Assembly (NCBI GenBank): GCA_035938575.1
Contig: DASZGT010000107.1
Coordinates: 1-43,375 of the forward strand
Source: Acidimicrobiales bacterium
GTDB lineage: Bacteria; Actinomycetota; Acidimicrobiia; Acidimicrobiales; RAAP-2
Reading direction: 5' to 3'
Length of the DNA stretch: 43,375 bases
Shown: one piece after another, positions 15,429 through 23,902 of the stretch
Position numbering within the stretch: position 1 is the first letter of the stretch
Layout of the letters: every line of letters begins with the position of its first letter
The notes under the pieces: model-generated
The model's input: only the letters and a program-made list of their open reading frames with translations
Told to the model about the DNA's origin: nothing
Database searches by the model: none
Program-made: the position numbers and the translations under genes

Positions 15429-17822
15429 CTACCCCCGGTTGCGCACCCCCCAGGCTTCTTTCAGTTCGTCGGTCACCCGGAATGCGGGCCGGTGGCGACC
15501 CCGCCCGTACAGCTCGAAGCCTCGCCATACCCGCCGTCCCAGTGCCGATGCGATCGGCCCTGTTCCGGGGATGCGGACCAGGGCGAGTTCGTAGAGCCAG
15601 TCGGTCCGCTGCATGAGCTCGAAGATGACCCGGGTCCAGTCGGGCTTCGGCACCCCGAGCAGGTCGGCGGTCTCGTTCCCCAGGTAGTGCCGGATGCCGG
15701 TGGCCGGCAGCCCGGGCAGGTGGGTGAAGCCGAACAATTCGTTCATGCAGTCGATGGCGGCCTTCGTCAAGGCTCTCCCCTCGGGAGTCGGTCCGTACTC
15801 GTGCCGGCTGCGTCGTTCCCAGAGCGCGTTCGAGTCCTCCCAGGAGAGGGGAAGCAGATCCTCGCGGATCCCCATCTGGTGTCCCACGAGGTTCCAGACA
15901 TGGATGTACGCCTCCGCCTGGTACGGACTGACGCGGACGCCGGACCTCCCGAGCGCCTTGATGCCCACGACGGAGAAGGACAGGAGGGTCCCGAGCAGCT
16001 GCAACTGGTTGATGGGCAACCCGAGCTCGGGGTCCCACGGGGCCATGGCGGGCCCTCCCTCCTGCTCGATCTCGTCGAGGTGGAGCAGCGCGTGGCGCAC
16101 GGCGGCGTGCATCAGGCGAACGTGGCGGACCGCCTGATAGCCGACACCTCCGGGATCGAGTGCCCCCGGCGTCATCACATCGATGATCATCTGTCCGGTC
16201 TCGACGTATCGGCGTTTGGGGTTGTGGGTGAGCCGTGCCGTGCGTGCGAGCACCTGTACTCCCCTCGCGAACGCATAGTCCGACGGAAGACTGGCCATGA
16301 ACAGCCCCATGCCCAGCTGCGGTCCGAACTCACCGAAGACACGTTGCCCGTGGCGGACCAGTTCGGGATCGGCCCATTCAGGCCACGCTTCCACCCTTCT
16401 GACGAACGTCCCGATTCCCGGTTGATCGTCGTCGGCGACCGCCTGAGCGGAGGCAGAGCCCAGGGCGCGGAACAGATGGTCGTGGGCGGCGTCGGTAGCC
16501 TCGAAATAGGCCGCCACGGCGGCGTCGGCGGGTGCGTCGCCCGTCACCCGCAAGGTCTCCATCAGCGAGTCGGTGAAGATGTCGGTTCCCTTTGACGGTG
16601 GGACGACAGGCGTCACCGATCGGACCCGGGCGCCGTCTGTCCCGTACCCTCCACCGTTTGCCCGGAAACGGCTGTGCCCGCGGGTGGTGACCACCGGGAT
16701 GCGGCCGCCCTCGAGCTCGGCCAGCACGGCGGAGTCGAAGGGGGGATCGAACAGCTCTTTGCGATGGTGCCGGGACACGAACAGGTTGGTGATGAAGTTC
16801 ATCCGGTCGTCGAGGTTGACCCAGTCGGGCGCCCGGCTGCCGTGTCCGTCTCCCCCAGCCCGGTTGAAGCGTGCGAGGACTGACGCCAGTTCATCGACGA
16901 CGACGGACTCCAGGTCGGCGGGTACGAAGTCCTGGCCAGCGCAGGGCGGAACGTCGTCATCGAGGCGCAAGGTCCCGTCAGGAGTCTGGATGGTGCCCAG
17001 CAGCTCGGTCATCAGATCCCCCCAGAGGTTGGCGATGGCGCGGCAGAGGGGACGCAGGAATACTTCAACGGGCGCCTCCACCGCGGCGAATCCGGGCTCG
17101 CCCCCCACCAGGCGCCGCTTGAGGAGCTCGACCGACTGGTTCAGACCCATGTCCATGCTCCCGGTGATCGGCCCCTGGAGATGGTGCTGCTCGTGGGCCC
17201 CCAACTGGAGGGATCCGGCCAGGATGAGTTGGCTCCGTCGGACTGGCTCCGGCTCGGAAAGGGCATCGCACCACAGGGTGAACCCAGCCTGTAGTCGATT
17301 GCGCCCCTCGAATTCCGGTGCCCCTTCACAGGCCTGGAGTACCTGGGCACGGACCGAGGAGGAGTCGTGGGGGTTGTCCTCGAAGCCGGTGATGAAGATG
17401 GCGGCGGGCGGTGCGATCTCGGCGAACACTTCGGTGTTCCCGTCGGAGAGGTTGGTCGCGCACGCCCCGAAGAGGTCCCGGACGATGTCACTGAGGTGTT
17501 CGGGCTCGATCCTGTGGAATCCGCCATCGGGGTGCTCCGTGCGAGCCGCATCGTTGGCCGCCCGCGCCGCGCCCATCATGCCGTCGGCCAGTACCACTCG
17601 TTGGTGCAGCCAATCGGGCAGATTCTCCCCGCGCAGGTTGCGACCCACCGTGAACGAGGCCCATGTGCCGAACGTGCACCAGTTGGCCGTGTCCGCCCCC
17701 AGCAATCCGGACAGCCCGGAAGCAAGATCGGAATACGATTGGGTGACCCAGTAGTTGCGCAGCACACGGTCCTCGATGGCGAGGACGGCCTGTACATGCT
17801 CGGTCGATGTCTGTCGATCCAT
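15429..17822 (-). CDS. 797-aa two-domain protein: unknown N-terminal ~430 aa plus C-terminal MpaB/DUF2236 (oxygenase-like) domain
   Basis: ATG 17822 preceded by GGAGATGGAG. The C-terminal third carries the DUF2236/MpaB-like hallmark region YQAVRHVRLMHAAVRHALL and surrounding helices. I could not assign the N-terminal part (YWVTQSYSDLASGL.., ANWCTFGTWASFTVG..) to any family. Confidence 0.8.
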   Translation of the reverse strand: MDRQTSTEHVQAVLAIEDRVLRNYWVTQSYSDLASGLSGLLGADTANWCTFGTWASFTVGRNLRGENLPDWLHQRVVLADGMMGAARAANDAARTEHPDGGFHRIEPEHLSDIVRDLFGACATNLSDGNTEVFAEIAPPAAIFITGFEDNPHDSSSVRAQVLQACEGAPEFEGRNRLQAGFTLWCDALSEPEPVRRSQLILAGSLQLGAHEQHHLQGPITGSMDMGLNQSVELLKRRLVGGEPGFAAVEAPVEVFLRPLCRAIANLWGDLMTELLGTIQTPDGTLRLDDDVPPCAGQDFVPADLESVVVDELASVLARFNRAGGDGHGSRAPDWVNLDDRMNFITNLFVSRHHRKELFDPPFDSAVLAELEGGRIPVVTTRGHSRFRANGGGYGTDGARVRSVTPVVPPSKGTDIFTDSLMETLRVTGDAPADAAVAAYFEATDAAHDHLFRALGSASAQAVADDDQPGIGTFVRRVEAWPEWADPELVRHGQRVFGEFGPQLGMGLFMASLPSDYAFARGVQVLARTARLTHNPKRRYVETGQMIIDVMTPGALDPGGVGYQAVRHVRLMHAAVRHALLHLDEIEQEGGPAMAPWDPELGLPINQLQLLGTLLSFSVVGIKALGRSGVRVSPYQAEAYIHVWNLVGHQMGIREDLLPLSWEDSNALWERRSRHEYGPTPEGRALTKAAIDCMNELFGFTHLPGLPATGIRHYLGNETADLLGVPKPDWTRVIFELMQRTDWLYELALVRIPGTGPIASALGRRVWRGFELYGRGRHRPAFRVTDELKEAWGVRNRG

Positions 17823-17995
17823 GGTCAGGCTCCATCTCCGTGGCTCCCGCCGGCATCACCGGACAGGAGTCATTGTGGCAAGGATCGGGACCATCTGCAG
17901 CCGGAGGCGCGATTCCGGATGCGTCGTTCCGGTACCTCCCACGCCCATGCCGGTCGGACCTCGATCCGGCGTGCGGTGCGGATCGCTCGACGGCG

Positions 17996-18448
17996 TCAGT
18001 TGTGGTCGGACCGGACGATGAGCACCGGGCAGGGGGCGTTGCGAACGACGTAGTCGGAAACCGATCCGAGCAGTGCGCGGCGAAGTCCCCCACGCCCGCG
18101 AGATCCGATCACGATGGCGACGGCCGAAACCTCGCGGGCGAGATCACAGAGGGCGGCTCCGGGACTGCCTTCCACGATGCGGGTCTCGACGCCGCCGCCC
18201 AGCTCCCGGGCCGAGTCGTCCACAATGTCACGGGCGGCAGCGAGCAATCGGTCACGCATGCTGGCGAATTCTTCCGGTTGCATCGAAGGCCCGGCATGGC
18301 CCGACCCATCGTCGACCAGTGACGGGTCCGTCCCGTCGACCACGGTGACGACCAGAACCGTGCCTGCCTCTCGAAGGATCGCCAGGCCGGCCGAGGCAGC
18401 CTTGTTGGCGAGTTCCGAACCGTCCGTGCCCAGGACAATGGTGCTCAT
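17996..18448 (-). CDS. universal stress protein (UspA family, ATP-binding type)
   Basis: 150-aa ORF: MSTIVLGTDGSELANKA.. and VIGSRGRGGLRRALLGSVSDYVVRNAPCPVLIV (G-x2-G-x9-G-S motif). Confidence 0.9.
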   Translation of the reverse strand: MSTIVLGTDGSELANKAASAGLAILREAGTVLVVTVVDGTDPSLVDDGSGHAGPSMQPEEFASMRDRLLAAARDIVDDSARELGGGVETRIVEGSPGAALCDLAREVSAVAIVIGSRGRGGLRRALLGSVSDYVVRNAPCPVLIVRSDHN

Positions 18449-18650
18449 GGCGGCATTCTGTCATGGCCCCGCGAGCGTTACCGGTCCTCAGTGAAGGCGT
18501 CCGAGTCAAACTTCGGGGGCGGATCCCTCAGCGATCATCCGAGGGGTGTCGATGACCAGGCCCGACCGCTCCTGGGCAGCCCGTGGGGACACCGAGCCTA
18601 CGATGTCCCTCGGGCTCGGCAGCGGGTGGGGGCGGACGAGGAGGGGAACC

Positions 18651-20153
18651 ATGGACCGTGCTGGGAGGGCCGAGGGCGAGGGTCGGCCAGGAGCCGGCGC
18701 CACTCCGCCGACCGGGTCTGATCGCTCATTCGCGTCATCCTGGAGGCGGGATCGCCTCACTGTCGACCAGCGAGTGGCCCGGGGGAAGGCGGCGCGTCTG
18801 GCCGCTCCCAGGTCGAGCCACGGGCTGTTCGAAGCCGCACCAGACCGCCTCGACCCCATCGCCCTGTTGGAAGAACAGGGAGCGAGCCGGGTGGCCGAAC
18901 TGGTCCCGATTCGCTACGGGCGGATGCTCGTCTCACCGTTCACGTTCTTTCGGGGGGCCGCACTGATCATGGCCACGGATCTGGCCGTCACCCCCCGATC
19001 AGACATCACCGTCCAGCTGTGCGGCGACGCACACCTGCTGAACTTCCGCCTCTTCGGGACCCCCGAACGCAAGCTCATCTTTGACATCAACGACTTCGAC
19101 GAGACACTCCCCGGCCCGTGGGAGTGGGACGTGAAGCGCTTGGCCACCAGCGTCGAGATGATGGGCCGCAGCCGCGGCTTCTCCCCCTCCGATCGCCGTG
19201 ACATCGTCATGGCCGGGGCCCGGGAGTACCGGGAACGCATGCGCCAGGCCGCCGCAGCCGGAACCCTCGAGGTCTGGTACGAGCATCTGGAGGCCGGCGA
19301 CCTCCTTGAGATGACCGAGGAAGAGGTGCGCCGGGGACAGCTGAGCAAGAGGGAGCACCGGCGGACCAGGGGGCAAGTCGTCAAGGCCCGGACCCGAGAC
19401 AGCGTGCGGGTGTTCACGCGCCGTGTCGGCAAGGTCCACGACGAGCTTCGCTTCGTCGCTGATCCTCCACTCATCGTTCCCATCGAGGACCTGGTGGAAC
19501 CCGGCTCGGTGTGGGAGCAGTCCGACGTGCTCATCAAGCAACTGCTCTCGTCGTACCGACAGACCCTCGGGGTCGAGCACCATCCTCTCGAGGAGTTCCG
19601 GTATGTCCACGCGGCCCGCAAGGTGGTCGGGGTGGGAAGCGTCGGCACCCGCTGCTACATCCTGTTGTTGGTCGGCCGCGATGACGCCGATCCCCTGATC
19701 CTTCAGGTGAAGGAGGCGGAGGCGTCGGTCCTCGAACGCTTCGTGGGCAAGAGTGAGTACGCGCACCACGGGCAGCGGGTGGTGGCCGGCCAGCGCCTCA
19801 TGCAGGGGGCCTCGGACGCCTTCCTCGGCTGGCAACGGATACAGGGCCTGGACGGAAAGACCTATGACTTCTACGTGCGGCAACTCCACGACTGGAAAGG
19901 GATCACAGAGGTGGACGAGATGCTCGTACCCGGGGCCACCCTCTATTCCCGGACCTGCGGGGCAACCCTGGCCCGGGCACACGCCCGGTGGGGGGATCGG
20001 ATCGCCATAGCCTCGTACCTGGGCAAGGGCGAGACCTTCGACCGGGCCGTCGCCGACTTCGCGACCGCCTACGCCGACCAGAACGAGCGGGACTACGAGG
20101 CGCTCGTCCGGGCGGTGCGATCGGGTCGGCTCACCGCGGAGACCGGCGTGTAG
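18651..20153 (+). CDS. DUF2252 domain-containing protein
   Basis: Track ORF 18546..20153 trimmed to ATG 18651, preceded by GAGGAGGGG. Conserved DUF2252-type blocks: LVPIRYGRMLVSPFTFFRGAA, GDAHLLNFRLFG, and DINDFDETLPGPWEWDVKRLATS. Confidence 0.85.
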   Translation: MDRAGRAEGEGRPGAGATPPTGSDRSFASSWRRDRLTVDQRVARGKAARLAAPRSSHGLFEAAPDRLDPIALLEEQGASRVAELVPIRYGRMLVSPFTFFRGAALIMATDLAVTPRSDITVQLCGDAHLLNFRLFGTPERKLIFDINDFDETLPGPWEWDVKRLATSVEMMGRSRGFSPSDRRDIVMAGAREYRERMRQAAAAGTLEVWYEHLEAGDLLEMTEEEVRRGQLSKREHRRTRGQVVKARTRDSVRVFTRRVGKVHDELRFVADPPLIVPIEDLVEPGSVWEQSDVLIKQLLSSYRQTLGVEHHPLEEFRYVHAARKVVGVGSVGTRCYILLLVGRDDADPLILQVKEAEASVLERFVGKSEYAHHGQRVVAGQRLMQGASDAFLGWQRIQGLDGKTYDFYVRQLHDWKGITEVDEMLVPGATLYSRTCGATLARAHARWGDRIAIASYLGKGETFDRAVADFATAYADQNERDYEALVRAVRSGRLTAETGV

Positions 20154-20308
20154 CAGCTCCGCCCACCGACCGCTACCAATGGCATCCGATGCCCTCACGG
20201 CCACCTACGGGGGGTCCACCCCGCTGAGTCCCGTGTGACTAGGGTTGTCGCCGGCGAAATTCGTCCGAACGTCCTGTCCGGTCGAGCCAGGCGCACAAAG
20301 GAGACACG

Positions 20309-20728
20309 ATGCTCAAGGGCTTCAAGAACTTCCTCATGCAGGGCGAATTGATCGTCATTGCCGTCGGTCTCGTGGTGGCACTGGCATTCAGCACGTTGAT
20401 CAAATCCTTCACCGACAACATCATCACGCCCCTCGTCAACGCGGCCCAGGGCGGAGGATCTTCATCACTGGGTCTCGGATGGACCATCAACGGCCAACGG
20501 ATCAACCTCGGCGCGTTCATTTCGGCCATCGTCTACTTCGTCATCTTCATGGCGGTGATCTACTTCGTTCTGGTCGTTCCCTACAAGGTCTACATGAAGA
20601 AGCAGGGCAAGACGGTGTTCGGCGATCCCCCGCCGACCAGAACCTGCCCGGACTGCCTGTCCGACGACCTCCCACGGGCTGCAACCAAGTGCAAGCACTG
20701 CGCGAGCCAGCTCCCTGCCGCCGCGTGA
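20309..20728 (+). CDS. mscL: large-conductance mechanosensitive channel MscL with a C-terminal CxxC..CxxC extension
   Basis: MLKGFKNFLMQGELIVIAVGLVVALAFSTLIKSFTDNIITPL is the canonical MscL N-terminus/TM1. A second TM follows (FISAIVYFVIFMAVIYFVLVV). RBS AAAGGAG. The C-terminus ends in CPDC-x11-CKHC. Confidence 0.92.
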   Translation: MLKGFKNFLMQGELIVIAVGLVVALAFSTLIKSFTDNIITPLVNAAQGGGSSSLGLGWTINGQRINLGAFISAIVYFVIFMAVIYFVLVVPYKVYMKKQGKTVFGDPPPTRTCPDCLSDDLPRAATKCKHCASQLPAAA

Positions 20729-20732
20729 ACGC

Positions 20733-20754
20733 GACGGGGTAACGGCGACCCGTC
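20733..20754 (+). terminator. terminator-like hairpin 5 nt downstream of the mscL stop
   Basis: GACGGG (20733-20738) pairs with CCCGTC (20749-20754), with a 10-nt loop. No U-tract. Confidence 0.3.
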
Positions 20755-20853
20755 CGCGGCCATCAACGGTTCCGTGCGAGACCATCGGCGGCGCAGACCG
20801 CCGACAACCGCTGCAGGAGGGAGTCACCCACGACCCATGGCGTAGCCGTTGTA

Positions 20854-20870
20854 TAGGGCGTTCCGCCCTA
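20854..20870 (-). terminator. terminator-like hairpin 7 nt downstream of the P450 stop
   Basis: TAGGGCG (20854-20860) and CGCCCTA (20864-20870) form a perfect 7-bp stem with a 3-nt loop. Lies in the convergent gap between mscL and the P450 gene. Confidence 0.35.
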
Positions 20871-20876
20871 CGGCGA

Positions 20877-22175
20877 TCAGCGATCCCGGCATCGGCGATA
20901 CCGAACATGACAAGGCAGCGCGGAGCGGGCTACGCCGCCGATCTGGGCCACCACAGGGTACGGCCGTTCGCCCCAGACGGGATCGAGCTCGTATTCCGCC
21001 AGGAGCCGGGTGGAGGCCAGGGTCATCGCCGAGAGGGAGAACGGCTGTGCCGGGCAAGAATGCCGGCCGTGCCCAAAGGCTGTCACCAGCTCAACCGCTG
21101 CCAGCTTCGAGCCCTCGGCCAACCGTCGCCGATTCCAGTGGTTGGGATCCCACCCGTCGAGGCCGGGGGCGGCACTGGTGTTGGTCAGAGGAAGCAGGGT
21201 GGCAACGGTCACGCCGGGTGGGACAGCATGGACGGCACTGCCGACGTCCAACTCCACCGGCTCGACCACGTATCGGGACATGATCGATCGCTGCGCCATG
21301 CGTATGGACTCGAGTGCGCACGCCTCGGCCAACCTCCTGTCCCCTGAGCGAACCCGAGCACGCTCCGCGGGGTGAGCGATCAGATCGATCAGATGCCAGC
21401 CCAGGGCGGCAAAGAGGTTCGACATGGACGCCACATGGATCAGCGCCACGTCCAGGCTGGTGCCGATCATCGCCTCCGCCGCCTGTTGGTCGGACCAGGC
21501 CGCCACAACTCGGGCAAAGAGCGGGTGTTGCTCCTCCGTCCCCGGCAGCTCCCTGCGGGACTCACCCAGTTCCTCGATGATGACGCCCAGCGCTCCGCGC
21601 TCGGCCGCCTTACCGGTGGCTGCCACCTGAGACATGGCATCGGGGTGGACGAACGACTCGGCGCCGTCGAGCGTGTCGAACGCTCGGACGAGTCGATCAA
21701 ATCGCTCGCCACCGGCCGAGCCCGGGCCACCCCAGGACGCCAGACCGACGCGGTGTCCGAGGCGTCTGGCCATGGAAAAGACATCGATCTCCCCCGCTGA
21801 TCCGAGCTCGTCGATCGTGGCATCGACGGCCAGTCCGACGTTGTCGAGGTAGTTCGTCACGTCCTCCCGTCCAAACAGCTGCTGCGGCAGGACGCGTCGG
21901 CCCACGAACATCTCGTCGGGAAGCTTGCGCCGCAGCATTCGCCAGTCGGCAATGCCCTTGCTGGCGCGGTCCTCAGGTAGGGCGTAGAAACAGGCGACCC
22001 CGGACGGCGAGAACGTAAACAGATACCGGTCCCGTCCGCTGTCCACGACAAAGGTGTCTCCGAATGCACGGCGTGCCCCGGCCAGGGCCGAGACCGGGTC
22101 GTCGATCGGGGCATCCCAGGGCAAGCCGACCCCGGTGGCCACCGGTGGCATGGGCGAGATCAGCGGCACGGTCAT
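20877..22175 (-). CDS. cytochrome P450
   Basis: Track ORF 20877..22628 trimmed to ATG 22175, preceded by GAGGAAGG (MTVPLISPMPP..). ExxR motif (ALESIRMAQR) and heme-thiolate loop FGHGRHSCPAQ. No ferredoxin or reductase gene is adjacent. Confidence 0.9.
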   Translation of the reverse strand: MTVPLISPMPPVATGVGLPWDAPIDDPVSALAGARRAFGDTFVVDSGRDRYLFTFSPSGVACFYALPEDRASKGIADWRMLRRKLPDEMFVGRRVLPQQLFGREDVTNYLDNVGLAVDATIDELGSAGEIDVFSMARRLGHRVGLASWGGPGSAGGERFDRLVRAFDTLDGAESFVHPDAMSQVAATGKAAERGALGVIIEELGESRRELPGTEEQHPLFARVVAAWSDQQAAEAMIGTSLDVALIHVASMSNLFAALGWHLIDLIAHPAERARVRSGDRRLAEACALESIRMAQRSIMSRYVVEPVELDVGSAVHAVPPGVTVATLLPLTNTSAAPGLDGWDPNHWNRRRLAEGSKLAAVELVTAFGHGRHSCPAQPFSLSAMTLASTRLLAEYELDPVWGERPYPVVAQIGGVARSALPCHVRYRRCRDR

Positions 22176-22266
22176 GAACACCTTCCTCTGTCGGAGTCGG
22201 GCTTCGCACCTCATCCGCCGTTGAGACGCTGGCCGAGCCGAACCCTTCCGCCTGGCTTCCCCGACC

Positions 22267-23754
22267 TCAGCACTCGAGAGGCTTCCCCGGCCGTGTCGTT
22301 CCCCCCGGGCCGATGACGACCGACACGCTCGAAGCCCCGGGATCGGCCACCACCGTGAGATGGGAGCTGCCGGCTGCCGAGGTGACCACCCCGCCGGTGA
22401 CGACGACGTGGTAGCCGGCCGGGTACGACCGGGTGGGTACTTGCAACGAGGTGACGGCATGGCACGAGTAGGAACCCCCGCCGGGTTTGTGGGTGCTGTA
22501 ACCGAAGGTGAGGGTGGCGGAGGGGACGTCGTAGTGCAGGGCCGTGGGTGTACCGGCCACCGCGACCGGATGGGGACGGACGAGGGCGTCGACGACCGGG
22601 GTATCCAGGTTGGCCCCGGTGGGCGCACTGGCGACGTCCTTCACCATCAAGCCGTCGAAGCTCCACCAGATCCACGGCATCAGGGCGTTGTCGAGCTCGC
22701 CGACCTGGCGGTCAATGGCGGAGACATCCGTCGTCGCACCGAATTCGGTGTTGATGAGCGCCCCGCCCGTGGCCGTCGACCACTGCTGGGCGTAGTTGAT
22801 GACATTCGGGTCGAGGGCGGGATCGGCGGTATACAGGTGCCAGCTCATTCCGCCCGTGGACCTCCGGCCGGGCCGATCGATGTGGGTGCCCGCCACGCCG
22901 AAGTTGAAGAGCACGAACGGCTCGCCCAAGACCAGGTGCGACGGATCCTCGGCGTGGATGGCCGCCGACACCCTGGCGTAGTACGGGTCGAGCTCGCTGT
23001 GGTCCAGGGTGGCACAGCCGACAGCGCTGATGCATGGCTGCCAGGTCGACCCGGGGAACGGCTCGTTGATGAGGTCGTAGCCGAGCACTCCCGGATTCGA
23101 ACCGACCCGGCGGGCCAATGCGGCGAACATGGCCGCCGCCCGCATCTGGAGCCCCACGCCGCCCGGGCCTGCGGCGTTGTGCCAGAAGCTGTCGAAGGCG
23201 GCCTGGATGGCCGGGTTGGTCACGTAGTAGAGGGGGAAACCGGTATGGGTGTTGGTGGCGCCGTCGGTGAGGGTCATCCATCCCGGGAAGCCGTCGCTTC
23301 CGAGCGTCGGTCCCCACCCGTCCTGATGGAGGTCGACCAGCACCAGCAGGCCGTGGTCCGTGAGGGTCTCGACGGTGCGGGCGAACGAGTCGAGGTAGTG
23401 CTCATCGATGACCCCTGGTTGCGGCATGATCGAGCCGGCGGTCAGCCCGAGCCGCACGACATCGAACCCGTTGGCGGCCAGAAAGGCCGCGTCGGCGGCT
23501 CCGAATCCCCGGGCCCTGGGGGTCTGCCCGTCCGTCTTGGACACCAGGTTCACCCCGTGGAGAAGCACCACCCGACCGGAGGCATCGGTCAGCCACCTTC
23601 CCACATGGCCAATCGGCAGCGCGGGGTCGAAGTCCCTCTGTGAGCCCGGCGACTGTCCGCCGGTGGCTGACGCCGCCGATGCGAAGGAACCGGCAACCAG
23701 CACGGGAAGCAGGGCGATGATCGCCACCACCATTCTCCTCATCCGCGTGCTCAT
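22267..23754 (-). CDS. secreted glycoside hydrolase family 5 enzyme, endoglycosylceramidase-like, with a C-terminal beta-rich domain
   Basis: Track ORF 22267..23940 trimmed to ATG 23754, preceded by GGGGGAG. Signal peptide MSTRMRRMVVAIIALLPVLVAGSFASAASA. Acid/base motif YDLINEPFPG and nucleophile motif LINTEFGA are typical of GH5. Confidence 0.88.
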   Translation of the reverse strand: MSTRMRRMVVAIIALLPVLVAGSFASAASATGGQSPGSQRDFDPALPIGHVGRWLTDASGRVVLLHGVNLVSKTDGQTPRARGFGAADAAFLAANGFDVVRLGLTAGSIMPQPGVIDEHYLDSFARTVETLTDHGLLVLVDLHQDGWGPTLGSDGFPGWMTLTDGATNTHTGFPLYYVTNPAIQAAFDSFWHNAAGPGGVGLQMRAAAMFAALARRVGSNPGVLGYDLINEPFPGSTWQPCISAVGCATLDHSELDPYYARVSAAIHAEDPSHLVLGEPFVLFNFGVAGTHIDRPGRRSTGGMSWHLYTADPALDPNVINYAQQWSTATGGALINTEFGATTDVSAIDRQVGELDNALMPWIWWSFDGLMVKDVASAPTGANLDTPVVDALVRPHPVAVAGTPTALHYDVPSATLTFGYSTHKPGGGSYSCHAVTSLQVPTRSYPAGYHVVVTGGVVTSAAGSSHLTVVADPGASSVSVVIGPGGTTRPGKPLEC

Positions 23755-23902
23755 GGTGCACTCCCCCACGGTCCGGCCTCGCAGCCACGCAGTGCCGGAC
23801 GCATCGCACTGTACCTGGTCGGCCCCGGGGCCGACCGCTTCGACACGGGGCGACCGTCGCCACCGTGGCCACTGTGACGGCGAGCCCGTCGGACTTCTGG
23901 GC

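Noticed and set aside
12020-16595. Plus-strand ORFs of 300-500 aa (12020..13249, 12324..13229, 13783..14865, 15078..16595) antisense to the cyclase and MpaB-fusion genes
   Set aside because: Low-complexity R/G/P/A-rich translations with no RBS. The minus-strand frames have strong RBS sequences and domain motifs.
23093-23103. GGATTCGAACC, the reverse complement of the tRNA T-loop consensus GGTTCGAATCC
   Set aside because: It lies inside the well-supported GH5 coding frame, where it encodes ..VGSNPGV... The flanks do not form acceptor or anticodon arms. No other tRNA-like signature was seen in the window.
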